The notes: generated by a model not told the origin, from the sequence alone. Shown: positions 16,376-26,909, numbered from the stretch's first letter. The stretch is DNA of 47,377 nucleotides from an uncultured Gammaproteobacteria bacterium (GCA_964448505.1 CAYUWA010000005.1:2726-50102), one strand, 5' to 3'. Numbers and translations: made by a program.

Positions 16376-18310
16376 ATGAAAATAAAAAATAATCTAAAGA
16401 AAACAATTATTCCTCTGATTGTTTTTTTGTTATTTATATTCCTTCTTTTACTTTATTTACCTTGGCAAAAAAATTACAAAAACAAATTAAGTCCCGGCGT
16501 ACGAATAGATAACACTGATTTAGGAGGAAAGACTTATGCCGAGACTAAGGAAATAATAGCCGGCAAGATTAGAGAAATAGAAACAAACGGCATTTCTGTA
16601 AAATACGCCGAAAAAACAAATATTTTAAGCCTGACTTCTTTTTCTTTTGATTCTGATTTAGCCTACCCGGCGGTAAGTTTTGAAATAGACAAGACCCTTG
16701 ATGGATTATTTAACAACAAAAAGAATACTTCCTTCTTTTCTTATCTTTTTTACAAGCTCACACCAGTAAAACCAAGCTCAATTACAGTTTTATATACTCT
16801 AAACGAAGATAAATTGAAGACGGCTTTAGCAGAGAGCTTTCCTGAACTGGAAATTCCTGCCGCAAACGCTTCGTTTTCCCTGTTATCCGAAGAAACTGGT
16901 GTTAATCAATTAAAAAGCGAACCGGAGAAAATCGGTAAGCAAATTAACTACGAACAGTTTTTTTCTGATTTAAATAAATCTTTAGAAATTCTAAACAGTG
17001 AGCCAATCTTAATAAAGACCCAATCAAAATATCCGAGCGTAAAACAAGAGGACTTGCTTGAACTTGAAGCAGAGGCGCAAAATTTAATTAACCAAGATAA
17101 AGTTGTGTTTAGTTTTAACGACTTAAGTGTAACGCCCAATAAAATTAATAACTGGGAAATTAAAGATAATATCTTAATATCTTGGGTGAGCGTTAAAAAA
17201 GAAAACAACAAAACAGTCTTGTCACTAGATAAAGAAAAGATAGCCGCCTATTTAGAAAAAAATATATCTCCAGATATTAACCAGGAAGTGACGACGCCAC
17301 GCTTTGAAATGAAAGGCGGCCGAGTTAATAGTTGGCAAACCGGAAAAGGCGGCCGAGAGTTAGATATTATAGCAAGCGCTAATAAAATAGCCGAAGATAT
17401 TTTAAAACAAGTATATAATATTGAATTAATAGTAAAAGAATTATCAGTTGATGCCTTAACGGCGGAAAATAATTTTCAAATCAAGGAGATAATCGGCACG
17501 GGACACTCTAACTTTTCCGGCTCACCAAAAAACAGACAACATAATATTAAAGTCGGAGCAAACTCGGTCCACGGACTTTTAATAAAGCCCGGGGGGGAGT
17601 TTTCCTTAGTAAAAAATTTAGGGGCAATTGATGAAACGTCGGACTATCTGCCGGAATTAGTTATAAAAGGAAATAAAACTATCCCGGAATATGGCGGCGG
17701 ACTTTGCCAAATCGGGACAACTCTTTTTAGAGCGGCAATTGCCTCAGGACTCCCAATAACAGCGCGACAAAATCATTCTTATCGTGTTTCGTATTATGAA
17801 CCCGCTGGAACTGACGCAGCGGTTTACGACCCTTGGCCAGATGTTCGCTTTGTTAACGACACGGGAAACTATATTTTGATTCAATCTAGAATTTCCGGAA
17901 ACGATATTTACTTTGATTTTTGGGGAGTAAAAGACGGCCGAGTAACCACGGCTAGCAAACCGACAATTTATAATATTGTAAAACCGGGTTCAACTAAAAT
18001 TATAGAGACTGATACTTTAAAACCGGGAGAAAAGAAATGTACCGAGAAAGCTCATAATGGTGCTGATGCCTATTTTGACTATAAAGTTATTTACCCCGAA
18101 GGAGCGACAACTACCCCGATTCAAGAAAGACGTTTTAGCTCCCATTATGTTCCTTGGCAAGAGGTTTGTTTAATTGGTAAGACTGCAACAACAGCGAGCT
18201 CAACAGACTCGTCTCTCCCAAATACGGAAACGGCGAGCTCAAGTGCAACAAGTACGGCAATAATTACTCCAAGTAGCACTCCACAGATTTCAACTAGCAC
18301 TTCTCCTTAA
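16376..18310 (+). CDS. VanW-family membrane-anchored protein with a Ser/Thr-rich C-terminal tail
   Basis: N-terminal TM. VanW core GGGLCQIGTTLFRAAIASGLPITARQNHSYRVSYY. Low-complexity S/T tail. Confidence 0.8.
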   Translation: MKIKNNLKKTIIPLIVFLLFIFLLLLYLPWQKNYKNKLSPGVRIDNTDLGGKTYAETKEIIAGKIREIETNGISVKYAEKTNILSLTSFSFDSDLAYPAVSFEIDKTLDGLFNNKKNTSFFSYLFYKLTPVKPSSITVLYTLNEDKLKTALAESFPELEIPAANASFSLLSEETGVNQLKSEPEKIGKQINYEQFFSDLNKSLEILNSEPILIKTQSKYPSVKQEDLLELEAEAQNLINQDKVVFSFNDLSVTPNKINNWEIKDNILISWVSVKKENNKTVLSLDKEKIAAYLEKNISPDINQEVTTPRFEMKGGRVNSWQTGKGGRELDIIASANKIAEDILKQVYNIELIVKELSVDALTAENNFQIKEIIGTGHSNFSGSPKNRQHNIKVGANSVHGLLIKPGGEFSLVKNLGAIDETSDYLPELVIKGNKTIPEYGGGLCQIGTTLFRAAIASGLPITARQNHSYRVSYYEPAGTDAAVYDPWPDVRFVNDTGNYILIQSRISGNDIYFDFWGVKDGRVTTASKPTIYNIVKPGSTKIIETDTLKPGEKKCTEKAHNGADAYFDYKVIYPEGATTTPIQERRFSSHYVPWQEVCLIGKTATTASSTDSSLPNTETASSSATSTAIITPSSTPQISTSTSP

Positions 18311-18334
18311 TCTCTTTACACCTTCCTAAAAACA

Positions 18335-18362
18335 AAAGCGACCGCGCTAGCGGTCGCTTTTT
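18335..18362. terminator. Bidirectional terminator between the VanW gene and yidC
   Basis: agcgaccgc-gcta-gcggtcgct perfect stem flanked by A- and T-runs. Confidence 0.75.
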
Positions 18363-18381
18363 AAATCAAATAGATAATCCC

Positions 18382-19134
18382 TTATTTTATAATTTCTCCC
18401 TCAACCGTACCGCCAGGAACAACTAAATTATCTTTACTTCTAAAAGTTACGAGTTGTTGCAGAGCGGTTAAAAGAGTAATAACAAACCAATAAAGCGTTA
18501 ACCCTCCCGGTAAAGAAATGCCGATAAAAATAGTAATCGCCGGCATAAAATAAAGCATCTGCTTATTCATAATCGCCATCATATTTTCTTCTTTGCCCTC
18601 GGCGGGTTTATTTGTCTTTTTCTTGGACATCATCATTTTAGCTTGCCAAAACTGCGCTAACCCGGCTAAAACCGCGATATAAATATTTGGTTTAGCTAAA
18701 TCTAGAAAACCGAACGATATAGTATTGATAATCTCCGGACGAGGAATAAAAGAATAAACCAAACCTAGATTATTTGAAACACCGTCCTGAAAGACTCTAT
18801 AAACTGCCCACAAAAAAGGTAATTGAATTAAAAGGGGGAGACAAGAAGAAAACGGATTAACTTTATATTCCTTATATAATGCCATTGTTGCCTGGCTTAA
18901 AGCAACTTTATCCGCGGCATATTTTTTCTTAAGTTCATCAATCTTTGGCTGTAAATCTTGCAAAGCTTTTTGTGATTTAATCGCTTTGCTCCCTAGGGGC
19001 CAAAAAATAAGCTTAATACAAATTGTTAAAAGAATAATTGAGACTCCAAAATCATTAAAAGAAATAGTATTATAGAGAAATACTAATAAATTCAAAATCG
19101 GTTGATAAAAGATAACCGTAATGATGTGCGCCAT
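18382..19134 (-). CDS. yidC: Membrane protein insertase YidC (short, Oxa1-like form)
   Basis: Five-TM core, KSQKALQDLQPKIDELKKKY, PFSSCLPLLIQLPFL. Position is downstream of rnpA-yidD. Confidence 0.9.
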   Translation of the reverse strand: MAHIITVIFYQPILNLLVFLYNTISFNDFGVSIILLTICIKLIFWPLGSKAIKSQKALQDLQPKIDELKKKYAADKVALSQATMALYKEYKVNPFSSCLPLLIQLPFLWAVYRVFQDGVSNNLGLVYSFIPRPEIINTISFGFLDLAKPNIYIAVLAGLAQFWQAKMMMSKKKTNKPAEGKEENMMAIMNKQMLYFMPAITIFIGISLPGGLTLYWFVITLLTALQQLVTFRSKDNLVVPGGTVEGEIIK

Positions 19135-19153
19135 AAAATTTAAGTTTTAATTA

Positions 19154-19411
19154 TTACTTAAGCGGATCGTTTCCTCCTTTATTCCAAGGATTGCATCGCA
19201 TAACCCGCCAGATTGTTTTTATTCCTCCTTTTATAATACCATACTTTTCTATTGCCTGTGCACCATACTCCGCACAACTAGGATAAAAACGGCAAAAACC
19301 ATGTGGATACATTGTTTTCAGCGGTCCGTGATCAAATGATAGGGTCTTTTGGTAAATCCTAATTAAACGAACGACCACCTTCTTCGGAAAATTCATTAAA
19401 AAAATATACAT
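19154..19411 (-). CDS. yidD: Membrane protein insertion efficiency factor YidD
   Basis: Hallmark CRFYPSCAEYGAQAIEKYG...RCNPW. Confidence 0.9.
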   Translation of the reverse strand: MYIFLMNFPKKVVVRLIRIYQKTLSFDHGPLKTMYPHGFCRFYPSCAEYGAQAIEKYGIIKGGIKTIWRVMRCNPWNKGGNDPLK

Positions 19412-19420
19412 ATACCCAGT

Positions 19421-19765
19421 TTACTTCTTATATAAGCCTAATTTCTTAAACCCAGCTCTGAGAAAGACTTCAAGGTCCTTAAAGTCCAAACTAATCGCCG
19501 GTTTTAAGACGATAATTACTAAATCAAACCCCGGTTTAAGCAAACTAAGTTCTGTTTGTATAATTTCCCTTATTCTTCTTTTTAAAAGATTTCTATCAAC
19601 CGCTTTTTTGCTTACCTTAGTGCTAATAAGTATCCCAAAGCGCGATTCTTTCAAGCTTGTAGATAGTGCTTTAAACCCTAAAAAGCCACTATAAAAAGAT
19701 TGACCAGTCTTAAATATCTGATCAAACTCTTTATCTTTATTTATTCTATTTTCTCTGTTGAGCAT
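19421..19765 (-). CDS. rnpA: Ribonuclease P protein component
   Basis: Basic 114-aa protein with KKAVDRNLLKRRIRE (RNR-type motif). Position is between rpmH and yidD. Confidence 0.9.
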   Translation of the reverse strand: MLNRENRINKDKEFDQIFKTGQSFYSGFLGFKALSTSLKESRFGILISTKVSKKAVDRNLLKRRIREIIQTELSLLKPGFDLVIIVLKPAISLDFKDLEVFLRAGFKKLGLYKK

Positions 19766-19781
19766 TTACGCTATAAATAAG

Positions 19782-19919
19782 CTATTTTGAAAGTTTTACG
19801 CGTCCTTTGTCTCGGCGTCGTTTTAAAACAACACGTCCGTCTTCAGTCTGCATTCTCTTTAAAAATCCGTGCTTTTTGCTGGCTCTTTTTTTATTCGGTT
19901 GGTATGTTCTCTTCGGCAT
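19782..19919 (-). CDS. rpmH: 50S ribosomal protein L34 (45 aa; below the ORF-track cutoff, found by hand translation)
   Basis: Translates to [45 protein letters not shown], the canonical L34 signature. Sits immediately upstream of rnpA. Confidence 0.9.
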   Translation of the reverse strand: MPKRTYQPNKKRASKKHGFLKRMQTEDGRVVLKRRRDKGRVKLSK

Positions 19920-20010
19920 AAGAATATTTTATTCATTTATTATCGTTTTTATACGATAACACTTTTATTTGTCCAAGTCAATAATGATAATGCCGTTCCC
20001 CAAATTAGAC

Positions 20011-20061
20011 TTATTCACCGTTTGTTCACATATTTTTAACAACTACACTCCTTGTGGAAAA
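20011..20061. promoter_or_regulatory. DnaA-box-like cluster upstream of dnaA
   Basis: TTATTCACC (20011-20019), TTGTTCACA (20022-20030), and TGTGGAAAA (20053-20061), whose reverse complement is TTTTCCACA. Each has one or two mismatches to TTATCCACA. Confidence 0.4.
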
Positions 20062-20139
20062 ACCCCTTATCTAATATAATAGAGCTAAGTTTATCTTCTC
20101 AGAAAAACCCCTTTATTAAGCTTAATTCTTAAACTACTT

Positions 20140-21531
20140 ATGAATAATGAACAAGTTTGGCAGGCTATTTTAGGTGAAATAGAAATAACCTTATCCAGAG
20201 CAAATTTCGTTACTTGGTTTAAAGATACTTTTATTTCCTCATTTGAAAATGAACGCGTTGTTGTTTGTGTCCCAAATGCTTTTGTTAAGAAGTGGTTAGA
20301 AGAAAAATATCATAAAAATATTTTAAGCGCTTTAGAAAACGTTACAAAACAGGAAATAAAAGAAATAATATATAAAATTGAATTGAAAAAGGGAAATAAT
20401 CCAACCTTTAAAATAAACGATACTCCTCTAGCTCAAGTCCCGGAAAATACGGCAGCAACAAGCACTAAAAGGGAAAACAATTCTAACAGTGTCCAAACCA
20501 ACCGCTTTGGATTAAATCCAAAATACTTATTTGAGAACTTTGTTGTCGGCAAAGGAAACGAGCTCGCACATGCGGCTTGCCTTGCGGTTGTTAATAATCT
20601 AGGAAAATCGTATAATCCACTATTTATTTACGGCGGAGTCGGACTTGGTAAAACCCATTTATTACAAGCTATCGGAAATGAAGTTGCTAAAAGAACCGAT
20701 AAAATACTTTATACGACTAGCGAAAAGTTTACCAATAATTATATTCAAGCGGTTACAACCGGAAAGGCTAAAGAGTTTAAAAATCTTTATCGTAATGTAG
20801 ACCTCTTGTTAATTGATGATATTCAATTTATGGGAGGGAAAGATGGAACACAAGAAGAATTCTTCCATACTTTTAATGAACTACAACAAAATGACAAACA
20901 GATTGTTCTTACTTCCGACCGTCCGCCAAAGTCTATTCCGGCGATAGAAAAAAGATTAATTTCTAGGTTTGAGTCCGGCATGGTCGCAGACGTCGGCAAG
21001 CCCGATATTGAGACTAAAATTGCAATTTTAGAAAAAAAATCAATTGAAAAAGGTTTTCCTCTTGAAAAAGATGTATTAGCTTATATTGCCGACCACGTCC
21101 AAAATAATATTAGAGAATTGGAGGGGGCTTTAATAAAAGTTATAGTTTCCCATCAATTCAAAAATATAACACCAACTATAAAATCCGTAAAAGAAATTCT
21201 CGGAGACTTTATTTCCAATATTCAAACCCGGTCGCTATCCCCACGCGATATTATAGAAGCGGTCGCCAAATTTTATAATATCTCTAATAAAGATATAACC
21301 GGAAACAGTCGTAAAAAAGAATTGGTTTGGCCAAGACAAATTGCTGTTTATATTATTAGAGAGGAGTTAAACACCTCCTACCCAACTATAGGCAATGAGC
21401 TGGGAGGGCGAGATCACACAACCGCTATGCACGCTTATAATAAGGTTTACCAAGAGGTTAAAGAAAACGGTAATGAAAAAATTAAACAAGAGCTTGAGTC
21501 AATTAAACAATTATTGACATCGGTTTATTAA
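20140..21531 (+). CDS. dnaA: Chromosomal replication initiator protein DnaA
   Basis: AAA+ Walker A GGVGLGKTHL, Walker B LLIDDIQF, sensor regions, and domain IV ending GGRDHTTAMHA. Confidence 0.97.
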   Translation: MNNEQVWQAILGEIEITLSRANFVTWFKDTFISSFENERVVVCVPNAFVKKWLEEKYHKNILSALENVTKQEIKEIIYKIELKKGNNPTFKINDTPLAQVPENTAATSTKRENNSNSVQTNRFGLNPKYLFENFVVGKGNELAHAACLAVVNNLGKSYNPLFIYGGVGLGKTHLLQAIGNEVAKRTDKILYTTSEKFTNNYIQAVTTGKAKEFKNLYRNVDLLLIDDIQFMGGKDGTQEEFFHTFNELQQNDKQIVLTSDRPPKSIPAIEKRLISRFESGMVADVGKPDIETKIAILEKKSIEKGFPLEKDVLAYIADHVQNNIRELEGALIKVIVSHQFKNITPTIKSVKEILGDFISNIQTRSLSPRDIIEAVAKFYNISNKDITGNSRKKELVWPRQIAVYIIREELNTSYPTIGNELGGRDHTTAMHAYNKVYQEVKENGNEKIKQELESIKQLLTSVY

Positions 21532-21545
21532 ATTATGTTTATAAG

Positions 21546-21802
21546 TTGTGGAAATGTTTGTTAATTTCTTGTTTACCAAAGCTTAACTCCTATTGAAGAA
21601 CTTGTGAATAAAAAACTAATTACGCAAGCTATACACAAACTATTAAAAATAATCCCTCAAATATCAAGTGATTTATCAACATATAAAACATAATTAATCC
21701 AAATAAAAATAGCAAAAAGTCATAATTTACAAAGTTATCCACCTCCTTATTACTATTATTAATTAATATATTAATTTAATAATATAATAACCAATAAATA
21801 AT
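21546..21802. promoter_or_regulatory. Candidate oriC: DnaA boxes plus AT-rich unwinding region in the dnaA-dnaN spacer
   Basis: Boxes at 21546-21554 (rc TTTCCACAA), 21603-21611 (rc TTATTCACA), 21629-21637 (CTATACACA), 21673-21681 (TTATCAACA) and 21735-21743 (TTATCCACC). An almost pure A/T tract follows at 21744-21802. Confidence 0.6.
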
Positions 21803-22930
21803 ATGAGATTTATTAGTTTGCAAGAAAATTTAAAAAGGGGTTTAAATATAGTTGGACACATTACGTCTAAAAATATTAATTTACCGATCCTAAATAATAT
21901 ATTAATTAGAGTTGAGGGTGGTAATATAGATTTTGTCAGTACAAACTTAGAGATCGGGATAGTTCATCAAGTTAGGGGAAAAATAGAGGATGATGGAGAA
22001 TTTACAGTAGACTCAAAACTGATAAACGAGTATGTGTCCCTGTTAAGCGGTAATGAAAAGGTAAAGATTGAAGAAAAAGACAGTGTTCTAAAAATAGAGT
22101 GTGGCAATTATAAAACGAAAATAAAAGGAGAGCCGGCGAAAGAATTTCCTTTAATCCCGAGTATTTCAAAAGATGCTTATTTCAGTTGTGAGGTCATCGA
22201 TTTTAAGAAAGCTTTAAATAGTGTCGTCTTCGCCGTTTCTAGTAATGATAATAGGTTGGAGTTGACCGGTGTCCTTTTTTCTTTTTTCGGCGACAAACTC
22301 GTAGTAGCGGCGACAGATAGCTACCGATTAGCCGAACGGGAGATAAAAGTAAAAGAAAATAATAAACCGGAAGAACAAAGAGTTATTGTCCCCGCAAAAA
22401 CCGTTCAAGAGGTTCTTAGAATATTAAATAATCTAGAATCACTTGATTCTCCTGAGAGTGAAAGCGTTGTTAAAATCTATTTATCAGAGGGTCAGATTCT
22501 ATTTACAGTTGATTCAGTTGAGCTTATATCCCGAGTTATAAATGGACACTACCCGGATTATAAACAAATAATTCCTAGTAAAAGCCAAACAGAAGTTCTG
22601 GTTGAGAGAAACGAACTTATTAGAGCCGTTAAAGCTGCCGCTCTTTTTTCTAAAACAGGTATAAACGATATAACTCTTTTATTTTCTAAAAATAAAATCC
22701 TAGTTTCTGCCTTTTCTGGCGCGAGTGGAGAAAGCCAAGTTGATTTAGGGGCGGAAGTAAACGGCGATGATAATGAAATTACTATCAATTATCGGTATTT
22801 ACTTGATGGCTTAAATAATATAGAAGGAGAAAAGGTTAAACTTAGTATTTTAAATAATACAACCCCTTGTGTTTTAAGACCGGAGAAAGATGAAAACCAC
22901 TTGTATATTGTTATGCCTATTAGACAGTAA
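21803..22930 (+). CDS. dnaN: DNA polymerase III beta sliding clamp
   Basis: Three-domain clamp. LPILNNILI, ATDSYRLAE, YPDYKQIIP, C-terminal MPIR. Confidence 0.95.
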   Translation: MRFISLQENLKRGLNIVGHITSKNINLPILNNILIRVEGGNIDFVSTNLEIGIVHQVRGKIEDDGEFTVDSKLINEYVSLLSGNEKVKIEEKDSVLKIECGNYKTKIKGEPAKEFPLIPSISKDAYFSCEVIDFKKALNSVVFAVSSNDNRLELTGVLFSFFGDKLVVAATDSYRLAEREIKVKENNKPEEQRVIVPAKTVQEVLRILNNLESLDSPESESVVKIYLSEGQILFTVDSVELISRVINGHYPDYKQIIPSKSQTEVLVERNELIRAVKAAALFSKTGINDITLLFSKNKILVSAFSGASGESQVDLGAEVNGDDNEITINYRYLLDGLNNIEGEKVKLSILNNTTPCVLRPEKDENHLYIVMPIRQ

Positions 22931-22951
22931 TTAAATAAAATACTAAATATT

Positions 22952-22985
22952 AAAAAACAGATTTTTTTAAAATCTGTTTTTTATT
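22952..22985. terminator. Bidirectional terminator between dnaN and the PBP gene
   Basis: aaaacagatt / aatctgtttt stem flanked by A- and T-runs. Confidence 0.75.
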
Positions 22986-23001
22986 AAACAAGTTAAAACT
23001 A

Positions 23002-25854
23002 TTAGTTAATGGTTATTGTAACTTCATTACTTGTTATTGTATCGCCATTCCAATCACGCAACTCTCCATAAATAGTAGTTTGTCCTTTTATAGTATTTGC
23101 CGGAGACCATTCTATCGTTTGAATACTATCTTGAGGAGAGTTTAGGGCTTTTATTAATTCTGTTTTTCCGGTTTTGTCTTTGGCAAAATAATTTATTTCC
23201 GCGGTTCTTAATGGTTTACCAATTTGGGTTTTTAAAATAATTGGTAAGTCAACCGGATTAAAAGTTGTCCCATTTTCAGGAAAACTTAATTTAATTGTAT
23301 TTTTTCCGCTGTTTACCGGATTATTTTTTATCGCCAAGTTGAAGTCAACACTAGCCTCAGAACAATTATCAACATCGTCACAAGCTTTTACCGTTAATGA
23401 ATGATAACCATTATTTAGGAAACTAATGTTTTTAGATAAGTTGGTATCTTTTTCCCATTTAGTTTCAAACAAATTGCCGTTTAAATAATATTCTATTTTT
23501 TTAATTCCTCTAAAAGCAGTTGTCTCGGTCTGAATTTCAAGGTTGCTACTACTTATAATTTGGTTATTGGTTGGATAAACTATTTTAACCGATGGAATAT
23601 TCTCAGGGGAGTGAAGCTTGTCATAATCAGACAAAAGCGATCCCTCCGTAATAATCTTATTTTTTATCGCCCAATTTCTAATTGCTGTCTCCCAGATTAA
23701 AAATTGCGGATCCTGTTCAGGGTTTTTAGGGGTATCTCCTTTGGGATTATCCTTATCTACATAAAATAAAATAGAGTGAATACCTGGAATTGTTTTTTCG
23801 CCAACTAATTCCTGAGGAGTCGCTTCAGTTGCCGGTGAGCCGCTAGTTGTGTCAATTTTTATAACTTGAGTCGGAACTTGTCCGTCTAAAATTGGTTTGC
23901 CCGTTGTATAATCGTCGGGGACGTTAAAAGATTCAACCGGGGTATTACCAAGAACACGAGCCATATAATCGTGCCAGATTGGAGCTGCTAAAACACTTCC
24001 GTCGGCCGATCCCTTCATTTTGTCGTTATTGCTGTTCCCAACCCAAACACCGGCGACAAGCGATGGAGTGTAGCCAATCGTCCAAGCATCATGAAAGTCG
24101 TTTGTTGTCCCGGTTTTAGCGGCAACCGGTCTGTCTCCTAAGGTTAAGAAATTTTTTTCTCCAAAAATATAAGTACGGGCGCCGTTATCAGATAAAATAC
24201 TATTTATCATTCTAGCGATTTGCGGTTCAAGGACTTTTTTACTTTCCGGCTTATATTCTTCTAATACTTTCCCATTTTTATCCTCAACTTTTAAAATACT
24301 AACAATCGGACTAATTTGTCCTTCTCTAGCGAAAGCGCTATAAGCGTTAACATGCTCTAATAGTTTAACCTCAGCGCCACCTAAAACCAAAGAAAGACCA
24401 AAACGGTTACGCGGGTAAAGAGAGGTATATCCCAGAGTTTCTGCCAAATCAATAACATTATTTATTCCTGTTAGGTAGATTGTTTTAACTGCTGGGATAT
24501 TTAGAGAACCGGCCAAAGCTTTTCTGATTGTAACCGGACCCAGCTCTTGCCCGTTATAGTTATGAGGTTCATAAGGATTGGCGGGGTCGGTTGAAAAGTT
24601 TGTAACGACATCATATAAAATTGTATTAGGGGTATAGCCTTTAATAAATGCGGCCGCGTAAACAATCGGCTTCATTGATGAACCTGGTTGCCTTAATCTA
24701 GTCGCGATATTAACTTGTCCGTCAATTGAATCATCAAAATAATCGCGCGATCCAACCATCGCTAGAATTTGTCCGGTCTTAGGGTCAATAGAAACTAGCG
24801 CGGCGTTGCTAGCTCCATATTTTGACTGGTAATTTGTTGTTCTTTCCTTAATAACCTCCTCGGCTATTTTTTGTTTATATAAGTCCAGAGTAGTATAAAT
24901 TTTTAAACCTTCTTGTTCAATCATTTTCTCTCCGTATTTTTCCGCAAGAATGTCTTTAATATACATAACAAAATGTGGAGCGGTCATGTTATTGTCGGGG
25001 TCTTTAAATTCTATCGGAGTTTCTTTGGCTAATTTTGCCTGCTCCTCGCTTATATATCCCTGTTCTTGCATCAAGGTTAAAACATAGTCCTTCCGCCCCA
25101 GGAGCAGGTCTTTATTTGGTCCGTACGGAGAGTAACGACTAGGGGACTGAGTTAGTGCGGCGAGAGTTGCCGCTTCTTGTAAGTTTATATCTTTTGCGTG
25201 CTTACCAAAATACTTTTGGCTTGCGGCTTCTATCCCGTAAGCATTAGAACCGTATGGTATTTCGTTCAGGTACATTTGAAGAATTTCATCTTTAGAGAAT
25301 TTTTTTTCCAAGCGGTAGGCTAAAACAATTTCTTTTATTTTTCTGGTTATTTTTTTATCAGATGTTAAAACGGCGTTCTTAATAAATTGTTGGGTCAATG
25401 TTGATCCGCCAGCCCGTCTATTATAGATAACATTAGTAATAGCAGTTCTAAACATCGCCCAAACACTGAAACCGCCGTGCTTATAGAAATTTTTATCTTC
25501 AATAGAGATTGGCGCTTTTTTTACATAATCCGGTAAATCGTTTAAAGAAATTAAAGTTCTTTTTTGATCGCCATGAATTTCGTAAAGAATATTTTCGCCC
25601 GTTCTGTCATAAATTTTTGTGCTCTGTGATACAGCCCGGTCTATCAATTGATTAGGATTAGGTAAATCGCGGGAAATCCAAATAACATAAATAACCAAAA
25701 GAACGAAAAAAATTAATCCTAGTTTTACTAATTTTATAAATAATCTTTTTTTCCAATCATGTTTTAGTTTTTTGTTTTTTTTCTTGTTTTGAGAAGCATC
25801 TCTAGATTCTCTCCACGAATTGATGCTACTTTTGTTTAATTGAGGAATGGGCAT
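23002..25854 (-). CDS. Class A penicillin-binding protein (GT51 transglycosylase + transpeptidase) with a roughly 250-aa beta-rich C-terminal extension
   Basis: GT51 motifs EDKNFYKHGG, GGSTLTQQ, RKIKE. Transpeptidase motifs SSMKP (SxxK), SLN (SxN), KTGT. N-terminal TM anchor. Confidence 0.9.
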   Translation of the reverse strand: MPIPQLNKSSINSWRESRDASQNKKKNKKLKHDWKKRLFIKLVKLGLIFFVLLVIYVIWISRDLPNPNQLIDRAVSQSTKIYDRTGENILYEIHGDQKRTLISLNDLPDYVKKAPISIEDKNFYKHGGFSVWAMFRTAITNVIYNRRAGGSTLTQQFIKNAVLTSDKKITRKIKEIVLAYRLEKKFSKDEILQMYLNEIPYGSNAYGIEAASQKYFGKHAKDINLQEAATLAALTQSPSRYSPYGPNKDLLLGRKDYVLTLMQEQGYISEEQAKLAKETPIEFKDPDNNMTAPHFVMYIKDILAEKYGEKMIEQEGLKIYTTLDLYKQKIAEEVIKERTTNYQSKYGASNAALVSIDPKTGQILAMVGSRDYFDDSIDGQVNIATRLRQPGSSMKPIVYAAAFIKGYTPNTILYDVVTNFSTDPANPYEPHNYNGQELGPVTIRKALAGSLNIPAVKTIYLTGINNVIDLAETLGYTSLYPRNRFGLSLVLGGAEVKLLEHVNAYSAFAREGQISPIVSILKVEDKNGKVLEEYKPESKKVLEPQIARMINSILSDNGARTYIFGEKNFLTLGDRPVAAKTGTTNDFHDAWTIGYTPSLVAGVWVGNSNNDKMKGSADGSVLAAPIWHDYMARVLGNTPVESFNVPDDYTTGKPILDGQVPTQVIKIDTTSGSPATEATPQELVGEKTIPGIHSILFYVDKDNPKGDTPKNPEQDPQFLIWETAIRNWAIKNKIITEGSLLSDYDKLHSPENIPSVKIVYPTNNQIISSSNLEIQTETTAFRGIKKIEYYLNGNLFETKWEKDTNLSKNISFLNNGYHSLTVKACDDVDNCSEASVDFNLAIKNNPVNSGKNTIKLSFPENGTTFNPVDLPIILKTQIGKPLRTAEINYFAKDKTGKTELIKALNSPQDSIQTIEWSPANTIKGQTTIYGELRDWNGDTITSNEVTITIN

Positions 25855-25965
25855 AAATTTAATAATTCTCTATTATTATAGCATTTTTATTGCGTTTAAT
25901 GAAAATCAGTAATAAAACAGTATTTATATTATGATTTTGTTTGATTTTGATTTATAATAGTTAAT

Positions 25966-26748
25966 ATGATTCAAATTAATAGTTTAGAAAATAAACGGAT
26001 AAAAGAACTTGTTAATTTTAAAAAAACTGGTCGCCGAAAAAGGGCGAACCAGTTTATTATTGATGGAAAAAGAGAAATAGAACTAGCGCTTATTGCTAAA
26101 ACTAAAGTTCAGGAATTGTTTTATTGCCCCGAGTTGGCCAGAGAAGGGATCGGGGAATTTAATAATAGAAAAGATTTGGAAATTATTGAGGTTAATGAAA
26201 AAGTGTATAAGCATATTTGCTACAAGGATAAACCGGACGGATTTCTAGCCTTAGCCGAAGCTAAAAATCTAAAACTTGATGATATTAAATTAAAGCAAAA
26301 TCCGCTCGTTATAATATTAGAGGCAGTAGAGAAACCCGGTAATATCGGGGCGATACTTAGAACTGCTTATGCGGTTGGCGCCGACGCGGTTATTATAAAT
26401 GATATAAAAACTGATATTTATAATCCAAATATTATTAGAGCGAGTGAAGGACATATTTTTACCAACCAAGTTATTGTTTCTTCCGTTAAAGAAACGATAA
26501 GTTGGTTAAAAAAGAATAAAATTATTAGTTTGGCAGCCGCCACAAAAAGTAGCAAATCATATACCAAGGTAAATTTAAAAGAGGGGATAGCAATAGTTTT
26601 GGGCTCGGAAGCAGAGGGTTTAAGTAAAGAATGGTTGAGTAATGCGGAGAAGCTTATAAAAATACCGATGAATAGGGGGATAGATTCGTTAAACGTTTCA
26701 GTCTCCGCGGCGGTAATCCTTTTTGAAGCTTTGAGGCAGAGAGAATAA
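25966..26748 (+). CDS. SpoU/TrmH-family RNA 2'-O-methyltransferase
   Basis: SPOUT motifs LEAVEKPGNIGAILRTA, VLGSEAEGLS, IPM..GIDSLNVSVSAAVILFE. Confidence 0.85.
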   Translation: MIQINSLENKRIKELVNFKKTGRRKRANQFIIDGKREIELALIAKTKVQELFYCPELAREGIGEFNNRKDLEIIEVNEKVYKHICYKDKPDGFLALAEAKNLKLDDIKLKQNPLVIILEAVEKPGNIGAILRTAYAVGADAVIINDIKTDIYNPNIIRASEGHIFTNQVIVSSVKETISWLKKNKIISLAAATKSSKSYTKVNLKEGIAIVLGSEAEGLSKEWLSNAEKLIKIPMNRGIDSLNVSVSAAVILFEALRQRE

Positions 26749-26778
26749 ATATTCTTAAGACCATATTTTGAATCAAGT

Positions 26779-26807
26779 TTGACAATATCTTATCTTTTTA
26801 TTAATAT
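26779..26807 (+). promoter_or_regulatory. Promoter for the tRNA-Arg/tRNA-His pair
   Basis: TTGACA (26779-26784), 17-nt spacer, TAATAT (26802-26807). It lies about 20 nt upstream of tRNA-Arg. Confidence 0.55.
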
Positions 26808-26828
26808 AAGACAAGAATTTACGAGTAT

Positions 26829-26900
26829 GCGCCCGTAGTTCAATGGATAGAACACCAGCCTTCTAAGCTGGCCACGAGGGTTCGATTCCCCCCGGGCGTA
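26829..26900 (+). tRNA. tRNA-Arg(UCU)
   Basis: 72 nt. Acceptor gcgcccg/cgggcgt (G1-U72 wobble). Anticodon stem ccagc/gctgg with loop ctTCTaa. T-loop ttcgatt. No CCA. Confidence 0.85.
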
Positions 26901-26909
26901 CGTAATTAT

